Shown here one piece after another: positions 55,106 through 64,000 of a stretch of 64,000 nt of DNA. Position numbers and translations under genes: made by a program. Below the pieces are notes generated by a model, which did no database searches, had not been told where the DNA came from, and saw only the letters and a list, made by a program, of their open reading frames with translations. Positions within the stretch are counted from its first letter, which is position 1. Every line of letters begins with the position of its first letter. Origin of the DNA: Eledone cirrhosa (taxonomy: Eukaryota); the NCBI GenBank assembly GCA_964016885.1, contig OZ024740.1:20150001-20214000 (forward strand). Reading direction: 5' to 3'.

Positions 55106-55481
55106 AGATACTCCATACACCTGCTGTTCATTAGTGGAAGGCATGGCAGGAGTGGAGTGTTACTTGCAGTTGAAAATCTCTCTGTTGTCAAGGTTTTTAT
55201 GACTGAGTGTGGATATTGGGGTGGGGTGGAGATAAGAAAGAAAAACAAGGGTATTGGGATCAGAGGGGTGAGGGGGGGGGGGGTCAGGTGAGCAGTGAGT
55301 TAAGGAGTCAGTGTGAGTGACACAGAGGAGGGGTACGAGCTACACACATGCTCACTCACTCACACACACACACAGTCTTTGCCTTTCACTCTTATGAGGT
55401 TAAAAATCAGGTACAAATTGCAACATGGAGAGAGAGAGAGAGTGAGTAAGGGCAGGAGTGGGTTTAGTGAAATTGGTAATA

Positions 55482-55542
55482 ACACGCGCGCGCGCGCGCA
55501 CACACACACGCACACGCACACGCACACACACACACACACACA
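55482..55542. repeat. (CG)n-(CA)n alternating purine-pyrimidine tract
   Basis: About 7 CG dinucleotides followed by about 40 bp of CA/CG alternation. Confidence 0.93.
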
Positions 55543-55816
55543 AGGGTAATGGGTAAAGACCCCCTTTGGTCATAAGATTTGCTCCTAGAAACTTCCCCTC
55601 CAAGACAAGTCCAAGCAAGGTTGTTTGTAGAAGACCACCAGTCACCCATACATACCAATCTCCCCTCTCCATGTCACCAATGTTGTCCAAAGGAAAGGCA
55701 ATGGCAGATACAGCTTGGCACCAGTGACATCAAAACTCATTTCTACAGCTGAAGAAACTGGAGCAGTGTTTTAATTCCAAGCCCAATGGTCTAACTACTA
55801 AGCCATGTGCCATCAC
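55543..55816 (-). mobile_element. Degraded, internally deleted tRNA-derived SINE (cephalopod-type)
   Basis: Minus strand begins GTGATGGCACATGGCTTAGTAGTTAG (tRNA head with A box). The B box appears deleted. It continues TGCTCCAGTTTCTTCAGCTGTAGAAATGAGT and ends GGGGGTCTTTACC. Family recognised from memory only. Confidence 0.7.
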
Positions 55817-56129
55817 AAAATATATATATGAGAGAGGAGGGGGGCAGAGATAGCCAAAATATGTACAATGGTTGAGAGTAGTTGGAATGTGATGTGAAGG
55901 GTAACATGCTGGGAGAAGATAGAAAAGGAGAGAGAAAGAAGAAAGTAATGTTTTTATTTGGTTCTTGATGTTAATAAATTAGAAAGTTAAGTTTAAAATT
56001 CTATTTACAGTCATAAACCAAATTACCTCCATCCCTTCCTAACAATGTTAAAATAGAGGCATACATATATATATAATATATATATATATATATAACTTCA
56101 TTTTAGTTTGTATTTTGGCATAGCTGCAT

Positions 56130-56360
56130 GTGTCAGCTCTGGTTGACCATACATCATGACATAGCTACAAGTGTTAGGCTTGGTTGACCACAATTATGGT
56201 CAAAGGTAGCTCAACTGTGACCATACATCACTACAGAGCTACAGTAGTCAGGTCTGGTTGAACACACTTATGGTCAAAGGGAGCCCAGCTATGACCATGG
56301 CAGAGCTACAGGAGTCAGGTCTGGTTGAACACACTTATAGTCAAAGGAAGCCCAGCTCTA
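56130..56360. repeat. Degenerate tandem repeat, 3-4 units of about 65-75 bp
   Basis: GTCAGGTCTGGTTGAACACACTTATRGTCAAAGGRAGCCCAGCT occurs twice nearly exactly, with two more diverged copies upstream. Confidence 0.85.
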
Positions 56361-56455
56361 ATTATTGCAATAAGTGGCCATTGATTTTGACAATATGTTC
56401 CAATTATTCAATCAGTGAGTCAGCCATTTTGTGAAATTAATATGCAGTTATTTCT

Positions 56456-56527
56456 GAGTATTCCACTGATGCACCTGTAAGTGTAATCCTCAGGAAGATT
56501 CAGCAGAACAGTTTGTGACAAGACTGT
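56456..56527 (-). mobile_element. Possible SINE 3'-region remnant running into the 41-bp satellite
   Basis: GAGTATTCCAC...CTCAGGAAGATTCAGC..ACAGTTTGTGACAAG resembles, from memory, an octopus interspersed repeat (GAGTATTCCACAGACAC...GGGAGATTCAGCGTGACACAGAGTGTGACAAGGCTG). Unverified. Confidence 0.4.
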
Positions 56528-59500
56528 CTACCACCTCATCCCTTCACAGCAGTTTGTGACAAGGCTGTCTACCACCTCATCCCTTCACAACAGTTTGCGA
56601 CAAGGCTGTCTACCACCTCATCCCTTCACAACAGTTTGTGAAAAGACTGTCTACCACCTTATCCCTTCACAACAGTTTGTGACAAGGCTGTCTACCACCT
56701 CATCCCTTCACAACAGTTTGTGACAAGACTGTCTACCACCTCATCCCTTCACAACAGTTTGTGACAAGGCTGTCTACCACCTCATCCCTTCACAACAGTT
56801 TGTGACAAGGCTGTCTACCACCTCACCCCTTCACAACAGTTTGCGACAAGGCTGTCTACCACCGCACCGCTTCGCAACAGTTTGTGACAAGACTGTCTAC
56901 CACCGCATCCCTTCACAACAGTTTGCGACAAGGCTGTCTACCACCGCACCGCTTCGCAACAGTTTGCGACAAGGCTGTCTACCACCTCATCCCTTCACAA
57001 CAGTTTGCGACAAGGCTGTCTACCACCGCACCGCTTCGCAACAGTTTGCGACAAGGCTGTCTACCACCGCACCGCTTCGCAACAGTTTGTGACAAGACTG
57101 TCTACCACCTCATCCCTTCACAACAGTTTGTGACAAGGCTGTCTACCACCTCATCCCTTCATAACAGTTTGTGAAAAGACTTTTAACCACCTCATCCCTT
57201 CACAACAGTTTGTGACAAGACTGTCTACCACCTCATCCCTTCACAACAGTTTGTGACAAGACTGTCTACCACCTCATCCCTTCACAACAGTTTGTGACAA
57301 GACTGTCTACCACCTCATCCCTTCACAACAGTTTGTGACAAGGCTGTCTACCACCTCATCCCTTCACAACAGTTTGTGACAAGACTGTCTACCACCTCAT
57401 CCCTTCACAACAGTTTGTGACAAGACTGTCTACCACCTCATCCCTTCACAACAGTTTGTGACAAGGCTGTCTACCACCGCATCCCTTCACAACAGTTTGT
57501 GAAAAGACTGTCTACCACCTCATCCCTTCACAACAGTTTGTGACAAGGCTGTCTACCACCTCATCCCTTCACAACAGTTTGTGACAAGGCTGTCTACCAC
57601 CTCATCCCTTCACAACAGTTTGTGACAAGACTGTCTACCACCTCATCCCTTCACAACAGTTTGTGACAAGACTGTCTACCACCTCATCCCTTCACAACAG
57701 TTTGTGACAAGGCTGTCTACCACCTCATCCCTTCACAACAGTTTGTGACAAGGCTGTCTACCACCTCATCCCTTCATAACAGTTTGTGAAAAGACTGTCT
57801 ACCACCTCATCCCTTCACAACAGTTTGTGACAAGACTGTCTACCACCTCATCCCTTCACAACAGTTTGTGACAAGACTGTCTACCACCTCATCCCTTCAC
57901 AACAGTTTGTGACAAGGCTGTCTACCACCGCATCCCTTCACAACAGTTTGTGACAAGGCTGTCTACCACCGCATCCCTTCACAACAGTTTGTGACAAGGC
58001 TGTCTACCACCGCATCCCTTCACAACAGTTTGTGACAAGGCTGTCTACCACCTCATCCCTTCGCAACAGTTTGTGACAAGGCTGTCTACCACCTCATCCC
58101 TTCACAACGGTTTGTGACAAGGCTGTCTACCACCTCATCCCTTCACAACAGTTTGTGAAAAGACTGTCTACCACCTCATCCCTTCACAACAGTTTGGGAC
58201 AAGACTGTCTACCACCGCATCCCTTCACAACAGTTTGTGACAAGGCTGTCTACCACCTCATCCCTTCACAACAGTTTGTGAAAAGACTGTCTACCACCTC
58301 ATCCCTTCACAACAGTTTGTGACAAGGCTGTCTACCACCGCATCCCTTCACAACAGTTTGTGACAAGGCTGTCTACCACCGCATCCCTTCACAACAGTTT
58401 GTGACAAGACTGTCTACCACCTCATCCCTTCACAACAGTTTGTGACAAGGCTGTCTACCACCTCATCCCTTCACAACAGTTTGTGACAAGGCTGTCTACC
58501 ACCTCATCCCTTCGCAACAGTTTGTGAAAAGACTGTCTACAACCTCATCCCTTCACAACAGTTTGTGAAAAGACTGTCTACCACCTCATCCCTTCACAAC
58601 AGTTTGTGAAAAGACTGTCTACCACCTCATCCCTTCACAACAGTTTGTGACAAGACTGTCTACCACCTCATCCCTTCACAACAGTTTGTGAAAAGACTGT
58701 CTACCACCTCATCCCTTCACAACAGTTTGTGACAAGGCTGTCTACCACCTCATCCCTTCATAACAGTTTGTGAAAAGACTGTCTACCACCTCATCCCTTC
58801 ACAACAGTTTGTGACAAGACTGTCTACCACCTCATCCCTTCACAACAGTTTGTGAAAAGACTGTCTACCACCTCATCCCTTCACAACAGTTTGTGACAAG
58901 GCTGTCTACCACCTCATCCCTTCACAACAGTTTGTGAAAAGACTGTCTACCACCTCATCCCTTCACAACAGTTTGTGACAAGGCTGTCTACCACCTCATC
59001 CCTTCACAACAGTTTGTGACAAGACTGTCTACCACCTCATCCCTTCACAACAGTTTGTGAAAAGACTGTCTACCACCTCATCCCTTCACAACAGTTTGTG
59101 ACAAGGCTGTCTACCACCTCATCCCTTCACAACAGTTTGTGACAAGACTGTCTCCCACCTCATCCCTTCACAACAGTTTGTGAAAAGACTGTCTACCACC
59201 TCATCCCTTCACAACAGTTTGTGACAAGGCTGTCTACCACCTCATCCCTTCACAACAGTTTGTGACAAGACTGTCTACCACCTCATCCCTTCACAACAGT
59301 TTGTGAAAAGACTGTCTACCACCTCATCCCTTCACAACAGTTTGTGACAAGGCTGTCTACCACCTCATCCCTTCACAACAGTTTGTGACAAGACTGTCTC
59401 CCACCTCATCCCTTCACAACAGTTTGTGAAAAGACTGTCTACCACCTCATCCCTTCACAACAGTTTGTGACAAGGCTGTCTACCACCTCATCCCTTCACA

Positions 59501-62500
59501 ACAGTTTGTGACAAGACTGTCTCCCACCTCATCCCTTCACAACAGTTTGTGAAAAGACTGTCTACCACCTCATCCCTTCACAACAGTTTGTGACAAGGCT
59601 GTCTACCACCTCATCCCTTCACAACAGTTTGTGACAAGACTGTCTACCACCTCATCCCTTCACAACAGTTTGTGAAAAGACTGTCTACCACCTCATCCCT
59701 TCACAACAGTTTGTGACAAGACTGTCTACCACCTCATCCCTTCACAACAGTTTGTGAAAAGACTGTCTACCACCTCAATCCCTTCACAACAGTTTGTGAC
59801 AAGGCTGTCTACCACCTCATCCCTTCACAACAGTTTGTGACAAGACTGTCTACCACCTCATCCCTTCACAACAGTTTGTGAAAAGACTGTCTACCACCTC
59901 ATCCCTTCACAACAGTTTGTGACAAGGCTGTCTACCACCTCATCCCTTCACAACAGTTTGTGACAAGACTGTCTACCACCTCATCCCTTCACAACAGTTT
60001 GTGAAAAGACTGTCTACCACCTCATCCCTTCACAACAGTTTGTGACAAGACTGTCTACCACCTCATCCCTTCACAACAGTTTGCGACAAGGCTGTCTACC
60101 ACCTCATCCCTTCACAACAGTTTGTGACAAGGCTGTCTACCACCTCATCCCTTCACAACAGTTTGTGACAAGGCTGTCTACCACCTCATCCCTTCACAAC
60201 AGTTTGTGACAAGACTGTCTACCACCTCATCCCTTCACAACAGTTTGCGACAAGGCTGTCTACCACCTCATCCCTTCACAACAGTTTGTGACAAGGCTGT
60301 CTACCACCTCATCCCTTCACAACAGTTTGTGACAAGGCTGTCTACCACCTCATCCCTTCACAACAGTTTGTGACAAGACTGTCTACCACCTCATCCCTTC
60401 ACAACAGTTTGCGACAAGGCTGTCTACCACCTCATCCCTTCACAACAGTTTGTGACAAGACTGTCTACCACCTCATCCCTTCACAACAGTTTGTGAAAAG
60501 ACTGTCTACCACCTCATCCCTTCACAACAGTTTGTGACAAGACTGTCTACCACCTCATCCCTTCACAACAGTTTGCGACAAGGCTGTCTACCACCTCATC
60601 CCTTCACAACAGTTTGTGACAAGACTGTCTACCACCTCATCCCTTCACAACAGTTTGTGAAAAGACTGTCTACCACCTCATCCCTTCACAACAGTTTGTG
60701 ACAAGACTGTCTACCACCTCATCCCTTCACAACAGTTTGCGACAAGGCTGTCTACCACCTCATCCCTTCACAACAGTTTGTGACAAGACTGTCTACCACC
60801 TCATCCCTTCACAACAGTTTGTGAAAAGACTGTCTACCACCTCATCCCTTCACAACAGTTTGTGACAAGACTGTCTACCACCTCATCCCTTCACAACAGT
60901 TTGCGACAAGGCTGTCTACCACCTCATCCCTTCACAACAGTTTGTGACAAGACTGTCTACCACCTCATCCCTTCACAACAGTTTGCGACAAGGCTGTCTA
61001 CCACCTCATCCCTTCACAACAGTTTGTGACAAGACTGTCTACCACCTCATCCCTTCACAACAGTTTGTGAAAAGACTGTCTACCACCTCATCCCTTCACA
61101 ACAGTTTGTGACAAGACTGTCTACCACCTCATCCCTTCACAACAGTTTGCGACAAGGCTGTCTACCACCTCATCCCTTCACAACAGTTTGTGACAAGGCT
61201 GTCTACCACCTCATCCCTTCACAACAGTTTGTGACAAGGCTGTCTACCACCTCATCCCTTCACAACAGTTTGTGACAAGACTGTCTACCACCTCATCCCT
61301 TCACAACAGTTTGCGACAAGGCTGTCTACCACCTCATCCCTTCACAACAGTTTGTGACAAGGCTGTCTACCACCTCATCCCTTCACAACAGTTTGCGACA
61401 AGGCTGTCTACCACCTCATCCCTTCACAACAGTTTGTGACAAGGCTGTCTACCACCGCATCCCTTCACAACAGTTTGTGAAAAGACTGTCTACCACCTCA
61501 TCCCTTCACAACAGTTTGTGACAAGGCTGTCTACCACCTCATCCCTTCACAACAGTTTGTGACAAGACTGTCTACCACCTCATCCCTTCACAACAGTTTG
61601 TGACAAGACTGTCTACCACCTCATCCCTTCACAACAGTTTGTGACAAGGCTGTCTACCACCTCATCCCTTCATAACAGTTTGTGAAAAGACTGTCTACCA
61701 CCTCATCCCTTCACAACAGTTTGTGACAAGACTGTCTACCACCTCATCCCTTCACAACAGTTTGTGAAAAGACTGTCTACCACCGCATCCCTTCACAACA
61801 GTTTGTGACAAGGCTGTCTACCACCGCATCCCTTCACAACAGTTTGTGAAAAGACTGTCTCCCACCTCATCCCTTCACAACAGTTTGTGACAAGACTGTC
61901 TACCACCTCATCCCTTCACAACAGTTTGTGAAAAGACTGTCTACCACCTCATCCCTTCACAACAGTTTGTGACAAGGCTGTCTACCACCTCATCCCTTCA
62001 CAACAGTTTGTGACAAGACTGTCTACCACCTCATCCCTTCACAACAGTTTGTGACAAGGCTGTCTACCACCTCATCCCTTCACAACAGTTTGTGACAAGA
62101 CTGTCTACCACCTCATCCCTTCACAACAGTTTGTGACAAGGCTGTCTACCACCGCATCCCTTCATAACAGTTTGTGACAAGACTGTCTACCACCTCATCC
62201 CTTCACAACAGTTTGTGAAAAGACTGTCTACCACCTCATCCCTTCACAACAGTTTGTGAAAAGACTGTCTACCACCTCATCCCTTCACAACAGTTTGTGA
62301 CAAGGCTGTCTACCACCTCATCCCTTCACAACAGTTTGTGACAAGACTGTCTACCACCTCATCCCTTCACAACAGTTTGTGAAAAGACTGTCTACCACCT
62401 CATCCCTTCACAACAGTTTGTGACAAGGCTGTCTACCACCTCATCCCTTCACAACAGTTTGTGAAAAGACTGTCTACCACCTCATCCCTTCACAACAGTT

Positions 62501-64000
62501 TGTGACAAGGCTGTCTACCACCTCATCCCTTCACAACAGTTTGTGACAAGACTGTCTACCACCTCATCCCTTCACAACAGTTTGTGAAAAGACTGTCTAC
62601 CACCTCATCCCTTCACAACAGTTTGTGACAAGGCTGTCTACCACCTCATCCCTTCACAACAGTTTGTGACAAGACTGTCTACCACCTCATCCCTTCACAA
62701 CAGTTTGTGAAAAGACTGTCTACCACCTCATCCCTTCACAACAGTTTGTGACAAGACTGTCTACCACCTCATCCCTTCACAACAGTTTGTGAAAGACTGT
62801 CTACCACCTCATCCCTTCACAACAGTTTGTGACAAGACTGTCTACCACCTCATCCCTTCACAACAGTTTGTGAAAAGACTGTCTACCACCTCATCCCTTC
62901 ACAACAGTTTGTGACAAGACTGTCTACCACCTCATCCCTTCACAACAGTTTGTGAAAAGACTGTCTACCACCTCATCCCTTCACAACAGTTTGTGACAAG
63001 ACTGTCTACCACCTCATCCCTTCACAACAGTTTGTGAAAAGACTGTCTACCACCTCATCCCTTCACAACAGTTTGTGACAAGACTGTCTACCACCTCATC
63101 CCTTCACAACAGTTTGTGAAAAGACTGTCTACCACCTCATCCCTTCACAACAGTTTGTGACAAGACTGTCTACCACCTCATCCCTTCACAACAGTTTGTG
63201 AAAAGACTGTCTACCACCTCATCCCTTCACAACAGTTTGTGACAAGACTGTCTACCACCTCATCCCTTCACAACAGTTTGTGAAAAGACTGTCTACCACC
63301 GCATCCCTTCATAACAGTTTGTGAAAAGACTGTCTACCACCTCATCCCTTCACAACAGTTTGTGACAAGACTGTCTACCACCTCATCCCTTCACAACAGT
63401 TTGTGACAAGGCTGTCTACCACCTCATCCCTTCACAACGGTTTGTGACAAGACTGTCTACCACCTCATCCCTTCACAACGGTTTGTGACAAGACTGTCTA
63501 CCACCTCATCCCTTCACAACAGTTTGTGACAAGACTGTCTACCACCTCATCCCTTCACAACAGTTTTGTGAAAAGACTGTCTACCACCTCATCCCTTCAC
63601 AACAGTTTGTGAAAAGACTGTCTACCACCTCATCCCTTCACAACAGTTTGTGACAAGACTGTCTACCACCTCATCCCTTCACAACAGTTTGTGAAAAGAC
63701 TGTCTACCACCTCATCCCTTCACAACAGTTTGTGAAAAGACTGTCTACACCTCATCCCTTCACAACAGTTTGTGAAAAGACTGTCTACCACCTCATCCCT
63801 TCACAACAGTTTGTGAAAAGACTGTCTACCACCTCATCCCTTCACAACAGTTTGTGAAAAGACTGTCTACCACCTCATCCCTTCACAACAGTTTGTGACA
63901 AGACTGTCTACCACCTCATCCCTTCACAACAGTTTGTGACAAGACTGTCTACCACCTCATCCCTTCACAACAGTTGTGAAAAGACTGTCTACCACCTCAT
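56507..64000. repeat. Tandem satellite, 41-bp monomer (ACAGTTTGTGACAAGRCTGTCTACCACCTCATCCCTTCACA), about 183 copies, open at the right edge
   Basis: Highly homogeneous head-to-tail units with three main variants (GACAAGAC, GAAAAGAC, GACAAGGC). Confidence 0.99.

Larger units (their letters stand above)
46908..64000 (+). other. Probable first intron of the LRCH gene (interrupted by an assembly gap)
   Basis: Canonical GT donor at 46908. No exon encoding the expected continuation (DLS.NR...) seen by eye in the remaining unique sequence. Contiguity across the gap is assumed. Confidence 0.6.

Noticed and set aside
54487-55202. Mucin-like poly-Thr or poly-Val ORFs
   Set aside because: This is trinucleotide low-complexity DNA with no recognisable domain or supported splice context.
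56802-57174. Two 96-aa ORFs in the 41-bp array
   Set aside because: They exist only because TGA-to-CGA variants remove stops in a few monomers.
56507-64000. CRISPR-like array (41-bp partly palindromic repeat)
   Set aside because: Units are directly adjacent with no spacers, and the context is eukaryotic and intronic.

Overview
Eukaryotic, repeat-dominated DNA, most likely an octopus/cephalopod assembly. That assignment is inferred from SINE families recognised from memory and from the microsatellite load. Positions 1-45558 are one tandem satellite with a 20-bp monomer (CCAGTTCCAATGTCTGATAC, about 2,280 copies) that contains kilobase-scale internal duplications. About 1.2 kb after it ends lies the first coding exon (46736-46907, +) of an LRCH-family gene (leucine-rich repeat and calponin homology domain), with NRF1- and YY1-like promoter motifs. 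The rest of the window looks like that gene's first intron. It holds a 125-bp near-perfect palindrome, a 5'-truncated CR1/L2-type LINE inside a long (TA)n tract, tRNA-derived SINE remnants, a 200-N gap, several micro/minisatellites and a second satellite with a 41-bp monomer (56507-64000, about 183 copies). Nearly all ORFs in the supplied track are repeat artefacts. I cannot demonstrate a new biological system here. The best leads are a possible exon spliced directly into the giant satellite, the apparently chimeric origin of the 41-bp satellite, and the intronic foldback.
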